NCBI GenBank assembly: GCA_977017645.1
Contig: OZ360242.1
Coordinates: 38,378,001 to 38,442,000 of the forward strand
From: Torpedo marmorata
Taxonomy: Eukaryota
Length of the DNA stretch: 64,000 nt
Direction: 5' to 3'
In this document: positions 21,631-36,045 of the stretch, piece after piece
How the letters are laid out: every line of letters begins with the position of its first letter
Numbering within the stretch: position 1 is the stretch's first letter
Position numbers and translations under genes: made by a program
Notes under the pieces: model-generated
What the model was told of the DNA's origin: nothing
Database searches by the model: none
Seen by the model: only the letters and a program-made list of their open reading frames with translations

Positions 21631-24600
21631 ATGTGATAGGTACTCCAGCTTACATTGATCTCATCAGCGAATCACACCCAGAAGTTTCCAGCAGGTGACA
21701 ATGGCCACCTTCAGGGAATATTTCAACAACTCAAGGATATTGGAACAGGTAAAGACCATCTACCAGCTATTGTCAAAAGTGACATTGACTCCATCACAGC
21801 TAAAGTTATTGTCAGCAGATCACCATTGACTGTTGTATTGCCACATCCATTGATGTTCCGTGTTCCAAGAGACCTCAGTGTGTGTTCTTCACTATTACCT
21901 TAGAGCAGACATTGGAACAAGCATGCATCTTTGTGAAGATTGCAGGCTTCCGTGTGTGACAGGATCATGGGCTGGAGGTGTGATGTCCGCTTTGTGGCAA
22001 AGGAAGAAAGTGCCATAGCTGGAAGCGATTGCACTCCTTCGGTCGGCAGCTGGGGTGTGACCATGTGCCCACATTGTTCTGACAGGTTCCAGTGTCCTGT
22101 CACTCATGATGATGATTTCATTCTGCAGTTGTCCACTGGGCCATCTCTGTTCGAGCTGCCAAGACAAACCAAAGAACAAGGGATGAATGCAATCTTCTGA
22201 GAATATAAGGCCTGGATGAAGAGATATGAAGTGGACGAAGGGATAGGTATGAAGATACCATCGTCTTCTATGGTTTCCACATTGTCAATACTCAAGTATT
22301 ATCAGTAGGGGGTAACAAGATACAACAATAAGCTACAGTTGTCTCTGACAGTTAATTACTGCTGGTTCTATGTCCCTTCTTCTGCAAGAGGGAGGAAAGT
22401 GTTTCAGTGAAAGTTGTGCAATTTGTCTGGGTGATAAGCCTGATATTGTTGAAGAGCTGGCAGTATGTACAAGCAGTGTGCAGCAACATTAAGTTTTTAA
22501 GGGTGCATTAGAGCATACAAATGTCAAATATACTTCCTGATAGATATTGGTGACATCTGACAGGTGACTTGTTGCAGTGGGTGGTGGTGGTCTTGGACGG
22601 TGGTGTGTGTGGTACAGTGGATGGGGAGTGGTACTGACTTTTATCGCACAGGAGAGGGGATCAAACTCCCTGTGGCACAATTTTGTCAGTTTTGACACCT
22701 GACATTGATCACCGTATATTATTTCCCTGGCTTCAGAGCAAGATTCAATAGGGATTCGGATGGATTGTTCCTTGATTTCAATCTTACTGTAATAAAAGAA
22801 ATCCACCAATTAGCCCAAACACCAGAAAGTGCACACAAAAGTTCAGACCTGTCTCTTTCTATTTTACAACATGTTAATTCTTAAATTTTCTTCAATAAAA
22901 AAGTGGCAACCTTCTTTGTTTCATGGGCGTTATTCATTTGACAACTTGTTTGGCTCATGCTTACAATTCCAGGGCAATGCAGATGCTTGGTCAAATCTAA
23001 CTGACTGTAAAACTCCAAAATTTACTTTGCAGAGGATGATTTCTGAATGGAGAAAATAAATTTGAACTTTTTATACCTTATGTGATGCTTATAACTGCAA
23101 CACATTTATCTTTTTAACTAAAATGATTAACAGTAGCCTTGGTAGTTATTTCTGAGAGAGATTGAATATTAAAAGCTTTCTGTGGTGTAAAACTCAATGT
23201 CAATCCATTTCCAAAGCCACAATATAGTTATTGAACGATTTAACTGTTAGGTATTGTATATGATTGCCAATTTTACTTCTTGATTTCAAAACTTTATTGT
23301 CAAATTACTGTCAAATTATGGAATGTTAACTGTGCATTCTCTAACATGATAGAATTTTCCCAAATCCTACTTTATTGCATCATAGCTGGAGATGGTATTT
23401 TTGAGAGAAATGAGGAATTGATAAGTTTGAAATGACTTTCTGCTCTTTTTCTAACTGTAACAAAAATATCCAGGTTAAATTGCCAAAACTATTGCATATG
23501 CTCTGTTGGTAGTATCAATAATCCATGTCATATCATAACCACAAAGTTAAAAGTGTATACCAGAATACAATCATGTGGTACTACAGAAAAGTAGGAAACC
23601 AGTTTTGATCCCACTTCTTCTCAGGTTAAAGAAAACTTAAAATTTATTCCGTTCAACACAGAAAACTTGAAATTGTTGAGTGGAATTATGATTTGTTACA
23701 CTTCTCCCACTGCTAGGTTCATTGAGCCACTGGTAGAGATTAACCAATCAGATTTGTTGCATTTCCTCCCCTGTTGTTTTTATGGAATGCTTTGGTCTTC
23801 GTCTGTCATGAATTGGATTTATTCTACGGCTATTTTTTAATCAATTCTATGTTGCTGAATTGAATTCAGCTTCGATATTTTTGGACAATAACTTTCACTA
23901 GTTAATAATTAGAAGGTTGAAACTATTATATAAAATATCATTAAAATATTCCTGTAATTTGCTGGATTTGTAAACTTTGTATTTTATCATAAGCCTTTTT
24001 TCTTATAGGTACAATTTAAACTAGATTGCTGTCAGGTACAGATTTATTCTGGGCTCTTGTCAGGATCAAACATAAAGTTATGATTGTTATTCTAATGCTC
24101 GGGGGCCGGAAGGGCCCGTTACCATGCAAGCATTCCATTTATGCAATTACCCGGTAGTTAGTTCAGTCATTCATATTTGAGGTCTGTGATTCTGGTGAGA
24201 TTTTGTTGTGCAGGAATATGAATTATTTTAGGTTATATGATAAATTGGGTATTAAGATTTGCAAATTATTGCTTTCACTGCAACATTAATCCATTGTTCT
24301 TCCAAGAGATTAGAGTATATATTCTTGGTGGCATGTGGTATAGTACTCATGTTCTCCAGTAATATCATGGAATAAGGTATTGAAAGATTTCTTCTGCAGA
24401 AACTGAGCAAATAATTTCAAAATTAGATTTAATCCATACTTTAATCTCTCCCGTTAAGATAAAGGCAAGTAGAAAAGTTGGGGAAAATTTATAACACTAC
24501 TATTTTAAAGTGCTTTTATGAAAGAATATAGTTTTTCAAAATGGCTTATATTTGTCAAAAAATACTTGAGTGCCATGATGACAAATATACTGTGGAATGA

Positions 24601-25609
24601 AGGTTGACAAACCAATATCTTGACTTTAATATAGATGAAATCTTTTAACTTCTCAAAGAAAAAAGTGAGATGGACTTTTATCATAGAATGAGATCCACGG
24701 GAACAATTTTGTCTGGTCATGGAGCTGCTGCTAGCAATCAAGCCCTCTGAATGATACATCATTTCGTGATTTGAAGAACACAGACTCTGAGACCAGCGAA
24801 GAGTGCCAGATGACAAGAGGCTTTATATGGGTTTGCAGACCTGGGTATTAGGAGAACTAACGTTCAGGGTCTACTGTGTCCTAACCACCAGCTGAGTACA
24901 GGTATTGGGATTGTAGGCACTGCTCTCAGTCCAGCCTGAAAATACTATTGAGTTCTGTTGACATCATTGCATTCTGAGTTAAATATTAGAGCAGATTGAC
25001 TGGAGACAATAGTTGTGGGCTGAATACTCATCAGCAAAATAGCATTGGACACAATCCACATCTTCATTATCCAATTTCCACTGGACAGAAGAGTTGAAAA
25101 TTCACTCGGCTGTTTTTAATTGATAGAGAGCCACCTAATTCAATTATGTGTTTCTGAATGACTTTTTAAATAGTCAATTATACATGCTTTGCTTTAGTAT
25201 TCTTCTGTAGTTTGCTCAGCCGTACTAGAAAGCATTCCGGAGGAACCCAGCACTAATGAAGAGTAATACCTAATGTTTCCACTGCCTTCCTTCCACAAAA
25301 TGCAGTACAAGGTGGCTGCTGCAACACTTGAAATGCAGTGTTTTGCCATCTGCAACCCATTCTTCCAACTAATGATCGAGTCTTTTTAATCAGAAGAAAG
25401 CACTGTGGATATCAGGGCATTTTGCCCTTGTTTGCTTTCTAAAGCACATGTCACAGCTTCATTTTAAAGTAGGATGAACAAGTTACGAAAGTTGACACAT
25501 CGTTACACTCGAGATGTGGTCACTGTTCCAGCACTGCCTGCATACAAAATATCAAATGGATTTCGCGGATTTCCTGAATTTTGAAGAATTTCCAGTCATG
25601 AGATTAATA

Positions 25610-26323
25610 CAGTAAAACCCCTGGTATCCGGCACCTATGGGGATTGGTAGATGCCGAATAAGTGTATTTTCCGTTTGCTTGAGACTTACTCTTACAATGC
25701 CTCACTAATACACCTGCATTAAGAATGAACAGTTTAAAAGACAAATATACTATACTGAACTTACACTGAACAAACTTCACTTGCATGAATATATAAACCT
25801 TAAAGCATTTTATTTATTTTCAGTCATATTCTTTGAAAACATTTAACCATCGCTGCATCTGCAGGTTCCTCCACCTCCATGGAGCCGCCCGAAGGACGAA
25901 CAATAACATTATAGATCATTAACCCCCCTCTCCCCCAACTTTACAGATAAAGCCTTTGACTATTATGACTCTTACTAAGCAGGGATAAGGAAACACTTTA
26001 AGAGAGTCACCCCAATGGCGAGCAACATCAACCAGGTCTTCATCCTGGGTGATGCCATTGCTGTTTCATACACTTTATTCAAATAGCTGCTATGAGCAAA
26101 GCATGACCAAGGCACTCCGCTGGCTGAATATTTGCTCTCATCTTCACCAAAGATTTATATATTACTTCAGAGAACATTTACTTTTACAATTTTAAACTTA
26201 CGTATGTTTTACATATTATTCTATTCTTATTTATTTTCTTTTTTGAAATTTATTTTCCTCAATTTTTTTGCCGGTTGCTTGAGGCTGCTGGTTGTTGAAT
26301 TCTGGATACCAGCAGTTTTACTG
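25610..26323. mobile_element. Tc1/mariner (Tigger/pogo-like) MITE, copy 1
   Basis: TA|CAGTAAAACCCCTGGTATCCGG ... CTGGATACCAGCAGTTTTACTG terminal inverted repeats; homologous to 45182-46042. Confidence 0.88.
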
Positions 26324-27949
26324 TTTTCCAATTTACTCGTAGCCAAACAACTAGCTTTGGTGACAAGTTATTCAGCTGAAGCATTCTCTTTCTTTTTCCA
26401 TTCATTGGTACTGCTGACCTGCTGAAGGCTTCCAACATTTTCTCTTTTATTACAGATTTCCTCAATCCACTGTATTTTATTTTTGAGTCAAAATGATCTC
26501 AATGCGAAGCCTTTTACACTTAAGTCAGTAAAAATAACTACCAAGTATAGATATGTTGTATTTGATGAGAACTTTGATCACAGCAATGCAATATTTTGTT
26601 AAATTCCCAAACATTTGCATTTCACTGCTTCGCAATACCGACATTCTAAAAATAAAGAATAAAGAGTTTTTTTTTCTCTTACAAATGAGAGAAATTAGCA
26701 CACTCATTAAAAATGTTTGATAAATAATGTTTAGTGGGTTTTATTTTTCTTTACAACTTTGGATTGTAATGTAAAAATGGACAAAAAACTTACTAAAATG
26801 GTTCATGATGATTTGAGTTAAATGTAATAAAATATTTCAAGATGATTTCAACAAATGTCATTTCACAATCTGATTTTATGTGACCTATAGCAAATCTCAT
26901 CTTGGTGACACCTGACCTTTAGATCAGTTCTCTTTTCTTAGTTCCATCATGTCATCTTAAAATCCAATAACTGCCAGTCTCTTTTTGAAAAAGATATCCT
27001 GGAAAAAAAAGCAGACCTTACATTTTCAATGTTCTTTAGTTCTTTTATATTGCAATGTGTTGTGCATGCTTTGACACTCACTCATTTTGAAAGTTATTTT
27101 TTCACCTAAGGGCAGACTTTCTCTGACTAAAAGGATGTCTGAACGGACTCTGGTTTAATCACAATTTAACTATTGAAAGATATATCAGAGTATCTTGCAG
27201 TTTGCACAGTAAGTGAAAGATTTTACTTGTGTATCGAGGAGTCAGATATTCCTGTAAATCATATACAGTACTGGCAAATTTGCACAGAATTTAGGATGGG
27301 TCTTCTTTTCAGACCCAAAATAGAAAGCTCACTGTAAGCCAGAGATCCAAGATTGACCCAAAAATATCACTTGTTTGAAGAACAGAGGTGAGTTTGTGTG
27401 CATGGATCAAACTTGCGCCTGCTATCTCAATGGCAGCAGTCCTTGGCTCAGCCTTAGCAGCAGATTATTGCAGGGAAATGCGGGGTCGATGAGCAGAGGC
27501 CTCCAATAGTTACTGGTCATCATGCCTAGAAATTTGGTTTCACCAATATTTGGTGCACTAAACCATCAGTGGGTTTAATGCCGACACCCATTCAAGCCCT
27601 CTTTATAAAATTGGCTGTTACATATAATGGCTACGCTGGAAGAGAACGTCATTGGGTTTAGTGTGAGACAACTGTGAGGTAACTTCCATAAGGCTGACTC
27701 GGTGTGTCAGGAGAGGTCAGGGGATTCACTAGGACCAGCTTAAGAAGAACCTGTAGGAGGTGGCTTCAGTTGACTCCTCCACATTTGAGAGTGCCACTCA
27801 TTCAAGGCGTCCTTTATATTCTGTGCAGACAACTCCTGCCTCCTCTGCTCAGCTGAGTGATGAAATTTTGAATGTCAAGCCGAGACATAGCTCAGCAGTT
27901 GCCTTTGTCTTCCTTCAAATCTTGTTCCTCCTGTGCACCAGTTCTACCT

Positions 27950-28760
27950 CAAGTAACAGGCTTGAGGTCCTTGTGCTGCTCTTCCTCTGGCCTCAGCTGG
28001 TGCCTTCAGGTTGTGCGGATTGCAGCACATCACAATGAAGTCGCAATACTGCAAAGCACCCCAAACTAATGCAAGCACTAGACTCTCAGATTTAAAAGAG
28101 CTAGGGCATTTCCAACAAAGATTCATGTAGTTGCATAACTTTTGTATATCCCTTCATGTGGAAGAATTGTGAACTGGTGTGAAGAGCAGAAGGAGGAACT
28201 CTTTTACTGCAGGATCCATCCCCCTCTGATGACCACTGAAAAAGTCTGGCTGTGCAGACTCCCTCAGAGTTAAGGTTCATTTTACTTCCCTGACATATGG
28301 CATTGATGATGTGAATTTTTCCTGATGATCCACAATTTTATGCACATTGAGGGAATGGAATTCTTTCCATTGATGAAAAAGTCCAGGTTACTGGTAGGAA
28401 TTGTAATGGGTACTTGAATGCAGTCAATGGCTACCAGCATTCACAGGAAGCCAACAATACTGGCAAATCCCAATGCTCAAGATTCCACCAAACCCTCACA
28501 GAAATCAAAATAGGTGTAATAATGTATTAGTGAATATGGGGTCCAGGACACGTCGGGATCTGCAGTGAACATTTGAAAAGATCCGGTGGTTAGAAAATTT
28601 GGACCCATTGTGACCTTTTCTTCCAATGAGTTAGAGGACATAGCCAGTGGCATTCCCATAGCAGGTTGGAGGTGTCTGACCCACTCTGATGGCCAGTTAT
28701 AACCACGATGACATATCCAGCCCTGGAGCCCTCTGCAAGCAATGCTGAACGGAGGCACTC
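27950..28760 (-). pseudogene. Fossil PIF/Harbinger (HARBI1-like) transposase
   Basis: Minus-strand translation gives GFASIVGFL*MLVAIDCIQVPI...FFINGK/FHSLNV and GALQYCDFIVMCCNPHNL, matching Harbinger GFPxxxGAIDCTHI, NRKGFHSLNV and GALQY...CCxLHN; stops and frameshifts present. Confidence 0.75.
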
Positions 28761-30283
28761 AATTCTCTTCTCCCAATGACAGCAGATTTAAAATAATATA
28801 AGAACACAAAATAGAAGCCTTATGATCCTTCATGCATGCTCATGGTCCAATAAAGTCATGGTGGATATTTTAAGAATCCCAGCATAATTTAACTATACCA
28901 TTTATTTCCTTTAACATGCATAAATCAACACATCTGTGTTTTGAATAGACTGAACTGTTGACCTTCCACATTCCATTTGGGCAGAAAATTCTAAAGATTC
29001 ACTGCATTTCAGGCAAAGAAATTTCTTCTCCTTCAGTCTTCAATGGCCAACCCCTTACTTTGATCAATCCATTTCAGAACTACAGTTTATGCTGGCATAT
29101 ATAATGAGTAAAATATTGCAATAGGTTTTGCACAAGGATCCTGGAAAAGGTACAAGACCCTTCTTAACATATTAAAAATAATCCATCAATGATTTTAGTT
29201 TGCTGTCAATGAAAACCAAAAGGACACTTGGCCCACACATGGTACAAAGTGGTGCAAAGCATCACAATTAGATCATAATTGATGTGTTGCTCCTTAATTT
29301 GTCTCCATCATATCACAGATTAAAAAAAGATAAAGAAATCACAAATAAATGAACAAATGTCACAAATAAATATCCACTAACCGAAAAGAATAAATAAAAA
29401 TTCACACATGTTAAAGTTGTACACCTTCAGTAGCTCAATGTGATGGACTTGTAGCATACAGATCTGGCAATCAGCAATTAATAGACCATTTTGAAATGAG
29501 AATAGAATCTACAATTGTTTATGCCATGAAGTTGAAAATGCTCGGTCCTGTTTCTAGAATTAGAGGAAACTAACAGTATTTTGGTTTTTAAAGCAATGAA
29601 TTCCTTTGGATGTAAAGAACAGCTAATTAGTAAGAGTGGATTATTGTTAGTTTTTTGAAAATATGAAATAAATGTGTGTTGTGGCTGTTAAAGGAAGATC
29701 CACCCTTGTTAATTAATTCTATTTTATTTTCTGTTGGCTAAATGAAGTACATTCATCAAAATCATTCTACATTTTATCATCTTGATTCCAAAGACTTCCA
29801 TTCCCTGTGAAAACAGCAGGATTGGTGGAAGAAAAAAGAATGCTGATTTTAATGGTTTGGATTATTCTATTGCCTGGTTGGCCTGACGTTGTTGGAAATT
29901 GACCACTTTTACAGTGATAAGCTAAGACCGATAGCAAGCCTGTTCCCCACTGCCATTCCTAACATTAAGACATTTTAACCATAGCAGAGTTGTATCTGGG
30001 AGAGACATTTACAAAATAAAGAAAGCTAAATTTGAAATAAAACTAATTTGCCTTCTGTGCATTCAAGAATAGAAAACAAAGGAGGCCAAATTGTCTGCTC
30101 TCCTCATTATTGCTGGTCTGTAGAATCTGTGGACCTAGAGAGCATGCAATGGCAATAGGAAACAAAATGAATTATTTAAACACAATGCAGTTTAGTTTTA
30201 TGAAATTTAATGCAATGTTTAAAGCTACTACATCTTCAATTGTAAGTTCTGGCAGCATGTTATGGGATTATTCTACAAGAAGC

Positions 30284-30520
30284 GCACAGCGGCATGGTTA
30301 GCGCAACGCTATTACAGTGCCAGCAACCCGGGTTCGAATCCAGTGCTGTCTGTAAGGAGTTGGTATGTTCTACCCGTGTCTGCGCGGGTTTCCTCCAGGT
30401 GCTCTGGTTTCCTCCCACCCTCCAAAAGCGTATGGGGTTTGTAGGTTAATTGGTGTATTGGGCAGCACAGGCTCGTGTCTGGGAAGGGCCTGTTACCGTG
30501 CTGTATTTCTAAAATTTAAA
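30284..30520 (+). mobile_element. tRNA-derived V-SINE (HE1-like)
   Basis: GGTTAGCGCAACGC, B box GGTTCGAATCC, V-domain, CR1-like 3' end, TTTAAA tail. Confidence 0.88.
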
Positions 30521-30996
30521 TGAAAAATAATATTTTTAAAAAAAATTGAAATGGAGCTGCCATGGTCAGGACAAATGATGAAAGTACAATTTGGTGACTT
30601 CTTCATGTTGCCCAAGTCAAAAGAGAGTTATACACCAAGCATGTTCCAACATAATTCATTGTCTTCTGCCTGTTTCTTATACATGACCTCCATTGTGATG
30701 TTTCCAAATTCGACAAAGTGGAGCCCAGGGTTAGATTATGGTGAAAGTCTCACAGTTACGCAATATCACATGATAAAGTATGTTAGTTTACATCAGTGAG
30801 ATGTAATTCAATAGATGTGCTCTGCTTTTTGATTTACTTCATGTTGTATTTTCCGTTTGCATTATTTTACCTGTATGCATCACATTGCACTTTGTGTCAA
30901 ACTCTAACAAGAATCCTCATAGTATACTGTAGCTTTGTTGTGTCTCCTTTCTTTACCATTTCCACTTCTAACTGATCCTCCCTCCTTTAATTGCAG

Positions 30997-31072
30997 TTAC
31001 GGAAGAGTTTATGCTGCAGACCCCTACCACCACACACTTGCTCCAGCAGCCACCTATGGCGTTGGTGCCATG
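30997..31072 (+). CDS. RBFOX1: RBFOX1 76-nt penultimate exon (dual reading frame)
   Basis: CTAAC branch point 30968-30972, ttgcag|TTACGGAAGA...GGTGCCATG|gtaagc; frame 1 [25 protein letters not shown], frame 2 [25 protein letters not shown]. Confidence 0.97.
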
Positions 31073-31327
31073 GTAAGCCTCACTTGATTCAGTCATTTTC
31101 TTTCTTGCTGCTTCACTCTTGCGTGCATTTTTTTAATCTCCACTGGCATATCCTCAGTTTAACTTAATTGAATTTGTCTCTGCTGCTAACAACAGCTAAA
31201 ATGCCACATTAATCCTTCCAGTAAACTTGATGAATGTCTTAATTTCTTGGCAATGTAGTGCATGTAAGTTATTATATTTCTAATTTTGTGAGCATCACCT
31301 AGCTGAACGTTTGGCTTAATGGAATAA

Positions 31328-31489
<162 letters not shown>

Positions 31490-33130
31490 ATGACATACCA
31501 TTAAATCTTCTGCTGGGGAAAAAAGAAGCTATTCCAAGGCCTGGGTATTGCAATACATGCAGTAGTGCACCATTATAGCAACTCTAAAAAGAGGAAAAAT
31601 ACTACATTTTTTAATCTTATACCTCAGATATTTTGTTCTGTGTATTTTAATAAGTGGGTTTTGATTTCTGAAAGTTACATATTTGATTATTGGCTAAAGC
31701 AATTGCTTTTCTTATGGTGATGAAGTCTTTGAGATGTAAGAACTATGAGAGCCACAATCACTGAGATACTTATATGTGAAGATGCAGAATGAAAATTATT
31801 GGGATTCTCACCTATTTTGTGGGAATGTAAGTGACTAAATTGGTCATTTTTCTTCATTTCAATTTTATTTGCTTTCAGAAGGAGGGTTGGTTATGGGAAA
31901 GGGTGCTAATCTGCATAAACTAGATTTGAAAGAGGGCACCACTGCACCAAGTATCTTTGCTATCAATTGTCTTAAATTATTCACTATTTGTTCAAGCCAA
32001 AGGTTATGTTTTTGGATGTTTCTCAGCACTTGTACATAAGGTTTCAGTAAGGGCATCCATTCAATTACAAGATACTCCACCAGGCAGTATTCAGCAGTTC
32101 AACCATAGATAGATCTATTTAAGTAAATCTGCTAGTTAGGCCATCAATGAACATTCTTTTTATATTACTTCCAGTATATAAATTATTGATATCATTGCTG
32201 ACTTTTGTATTATGGGAGAGAAAACATTCAAAAAATGGTAATAAAGCATTGTTTATATTTTTCTTTTTTCAGAAGGAAAGTAATAAACTAGATTCTTTGT
32301 ACCAGTAAAATGTATAAATAAATTTCAAATAGTGCAGTGGAAATGCTCAGTTATAGATTACACAGCCTATGATGTTTTAGAATTAGCATAGTAGATCAAC
32401 TGTAAGCTGTATCATTTTTATGGAAGACATGATAATCATATTCAGATTTATATAAGCATTTTACAAGTATTGCAATCATTAAGTGTAGATAATCATGGTA
32501 TTTTCGTCAGCTTGGTACTTTTGAGACATGACTGTTTTGTGTAAACAAACGGCAATTTTTCATCGCTTGACAGCTCGCGTTATTTTGTTACATTATTTTC
32601 TGAGGAGGCCTTTTATTTTTGGATTAGACTGAATAAAAAGCATTCACAATAAAAGAAGCATTCTACGTACAATGCTTTGAATAAATCACAAAAAATTCGA
32701 AAGTTAGTTCCACCTCTGGGCCATTTCAGTGTTAAAAGTGCAATGTGAGCAAGTTGTCGGGTCAGCTTACTTGAGCGTCCATGAAAAATTGCAGCTTGTC
32801 TGTGCAGATGCTAGAATCCGTTCACTTTGTCCTGTTGAACAGTACCTAAGTTGGAGTGTTTGTCACAGATCTCCTTGTTTTTTGTAATACTGCAACTTAA
32901 GAACTTTTTCCTCTGCCTTTTTGCTGCAACTCTTAGTTATACTCCTCATGTGTATTGTGTGCGCTACCTGGCGTACACTTAGTAAATATCAATCCACAAG
33001 CTGTGATATACATATGCGATTAAAAACCTGCTGGAAAGTGTTGTGGCCAGGCTTTCTCTTTGTCATCGTATGTGCATGCAGTATGATCAGTTGAACAATA
33101 ACCATCAATAAAATTTCACAATATAGAACT
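31490..33130 (+). other. RBFOX1: RBFOX1 3'UTR
   Basis: Follows the stop codon; no recognisable TE; proximal part (GTATTGCAATACATGCAGTAG, CTTATACCTCAGATATTTTGTTCTGTGTATTTTAAT) resembles the mammalian UTR as recalled; 3' end inferred from the last AATAAA. Confidence 0.75.
33107..33112 (+). terminator. Likely distal polyadenylation signal of RBFOX1
   Basis: AATAAA followed ~25-40 nt later by a GT/T-rich element (ctgttgcttctttttt); other AATAAA at 32240, 32282, 32317, 32632, 32648, 32680. Confidence 0.6.
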
Positions 33131-33577
33131 ATTGCTACTGTTGCTTCTTTTTTCCCCAATTATGGGACATCATGAATTGTTGTTTAATTTATGATTTGTC
33201 TCTATAAACTAGAGTGCATGTGACTCTTTTTAAACCACCTGTTTCAAGGCAGGAGAAGAATCAAAACTTTCTAGCCTGGAAATTAAATTACACATCATTT
33301 TCCCTCCGATCGCGCACACCTAAAAATTAGAATGGAACACAATTGTGACTATTTCTCCGGCAAAGTCAGCCTCTGGAAATTCCACAGGGCCCTTCCCCTT
33401 GCATACCACCCTTACCCCAATGATGTAATTTGCAAGTAAGCTGAGGGATGACAACATTTCACTTGGAAGCCGCTTTGGAAATTAAAATCTAAGGGAATAA
33501 AAGAAAAGGAATTTGGAATTACTGACCAGATCAGGCATCTGCGGAAAGAGAAACATAGTTAACGTTCAAGGTTGAAA

Positions 33578-35217
33578 TGGTAAATGTAGTCCCCGTTTAA
33601 AAAAGGTGTGTAAACTATTGGAGAGGATTCTTAAGGATAGGATCTTTAAGCATTTGGAGAAGTACAGTCTACTCAAGGATAGTCAGCAAGGCTTTATAAA
33701 GGGAAGGTCGTGCCTCACGAGCCTAATTGAGTTTTTTGAGGAGGTAACAAAAGAAATTGATGAGGGTAGGGCAGTAGATGTGGTCTATATGGATTTTAGT
33801 AAGGCGGCACGGTTGGCGTAGCGGTTAGCGCAACGCCTTTACAGCGCCAGTGATCGGGACAGGGGTTCGAGTCCCGCGCTGTCTGTAAGGAGTTTGTACG
33901 TTCTCCCCATTTCTGCGTGGGTTTTCCCCGTGGACTTCGGTTTCCTCCCACCATTCGAAATGTACCGGGGGTGCAGGGTAATTGGGTGTAAATTGGACAG
34001 CACGGGCTCGTGGGCCGAAATGGCCTGTTACCGTGCTGTATGTTTAAATTTAATTTAAAATTAAATTTTAAAAATTTGACAAGGTCCCCCATGAGAAACT
34101 TGTTCAGAAAGTCATGAGGCATGGGATCCATGGAACCTTGGCTATGTGGATAAAAAAATGGCTTGCAGGTAGAAAGCAGAGAGTAGTAGTTGAAGGAAAG
34201 TATTGTGCTTGGAGGTCAGTGCCTAGGGGAGTACTGCAAGGATCTGTTCTGGAACCTCTGCTCTTTGTTAATTTTATAAATGACATGGATGAAGAGGCGG
34301 AAGGATGGGTCAGTAAGTTTGCGGATGATACGAAGGTTGGAGGAGTTGTGGATGGAGCTGAAAGTTGTCAAAGGTTACAAAAGGATATAGACAGGATGCA
34401 GAGTTGGGCGTAGAAGTGGCAGATGGAGTTCAATCCGGATAAGTGTGAGGTGATGCATTTTGGAAGGACAAACCAGAAGGCTGAGAAGAGGGTTAATGGT
34501 CAGTTACTTAAGAGTGTGGATGAACAGAGGGACCTTGGGGTCCAAATCCATACATCCATCAAGGTCGCCGCACAGGTAGATAGGATAGTTAAGAAGGCCT
34601 ATGGGATGCTGGGCTTCATTAATAGGGGGATTGAGTTCAAGAGTAGAGAGGTCATGTTGCAACTCTACAAATCTCTGGTGAGACCACACTTAGAGAATTG
34701 TGTTCAGTTCTGGTCACCTCATTATAGGAAGGATGTGGAAGCTATGGAGAGGGTGCAGAGGAGATTTACCAGGATGTTACCTGGATTGGAAAGTAAGTCT
34801 TATGAGGCAAGGTTAGCAGAGCTGGGACTTTTCTCTTTGGAGCATAGAAAGATGAGAGGTCTACAAGATTATGAGAGGCATAGATAGGGTGGACAGCCAG
34901 CACCTGTTTCCCAGGGCAGGAATAGCAAACACTGGAGGACATATGTACAAAGTGAAGGGAGGGAAGTTTAGGGGCGACATCAGAGATGTTTTTTTACACA
35001 GAGAGTTGAGGGTGCCTGGAATATCTTGCCAGGGATGGCGGAGGAGGCTGAAACATTAGGGGCATTTAAGAGACTCTTAGACAGGCACATGGATTGAAGT
35101 AAAATAGAGGGTTATGGGGTAGGGAGGGTTTAGTACTTTTTTTTAAGGAATATATGGGTTGGCACATCATCGAGGGCCGAAGGGCCTGTACTGTGCTGTA
35201 GTGTTCTATGTTCTATG
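33578..35217 (+). mobile_element. 5'-truncated CR1 LINE (RT region), degenerate
   Basis: QQGFIKGRSCLTSL, VVYMDFSKA, QGSVLEP, KFADDTK, VQFWSPHYRKD; (TTCTATG)2 tail; possible TGAAA duplication at 33573-33577 / 35216-35220. Confidence 0.93.
33803..34074 (+). mobile_element. Young V-SINE inserted into the CR1 RT
   Basis: A box TGGCGTAGCGG 33814-33824, B box GTTCGAGTC 33865-33873, CpG-rich, (TTTAAA)n tail; splits the motif DFSKA|FDKVP. Confidence 0.92.
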
Positions 35218-36045
35218 AAAACCCTGGGAAATTAAGTTATGTCGACTGAGGCGGAGTGACAGATCCAAAGAGGATCATGTCTGGAACAGCCAGGTTTTCA
35301 TTGCAAATCTGCAGAGGGTACAATGCAATTTAAATTGGTCGCTTGGTGTACGCCCTTTACCAGCACTGGTAGGGCCTCGTTATTTTAGTTTAAATCAGTT
35401 CTCTTTAGAAATCCCACTCCTCCACAGCCCCCATTCCTTTGCTGATCACCAAAATAAGTTCCAGTTTTGACCTCTGACTGCAGGTACTGCCAGACCCACT
35501 TCTTGCTACACCCGCTCTTTGGATGCAGTGCCCGTACTGGAATCATTGCATTTTCCTTTGCACACAGTAGTCCCAAACCAAAACAGTTGTTTACATGCTG
35601 CATAATGACTCTTGGTACCCTTTTAATAAAGCCAAGTTATTTGGCATTGTAGGAGCAATTCCCTAAGGCTCCTGCAACAGAATGGCACAGGTCCCCATAA
35701 TAACCCAAAACCCAGGGGTTTCTGCAGGTCTATTGATCTGAACTGGGGGCATTTTGATCCCATTTTTGCAACAATCAAGCTCAAGTCACACTTGAAGCTT
35801 CCAGCTTTATTTCCAAATAACCATTGAAGAGCGGACACTTGCTTGGCACCTCTCAACTGACACCAGCTAGGCAGTTCTGAGTGTGAGGTCTTTGGGCCAG
35901 GAAGCACCCTTTTGCACCCTTGTGGATGCAACCAATATGCATAGGAAAGAGAGAAAGTGATCATGTAAGAAGTTTTAATTCACAGAAGACTGAACACATT
36001 TGAATCCTCCGTCTCCAGTTCTGCTCTCAGTTCCAACTCTTTCAG

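Noticed and set aside
24009-24035. 27-nt pseudo-exon (cttatag|...cag|gtacag)
   Set aside because: Weak donor, stops in both relevant frames and no supporting regulatory context; such matches are expected by chance in a 17-kb intron.
33803-33885. tRNA-like sequence with A and B boxes
   Set aside because: Head of a V-SINE present in several copies and followed by V-domain and LINE tail; not a tRNA gene.
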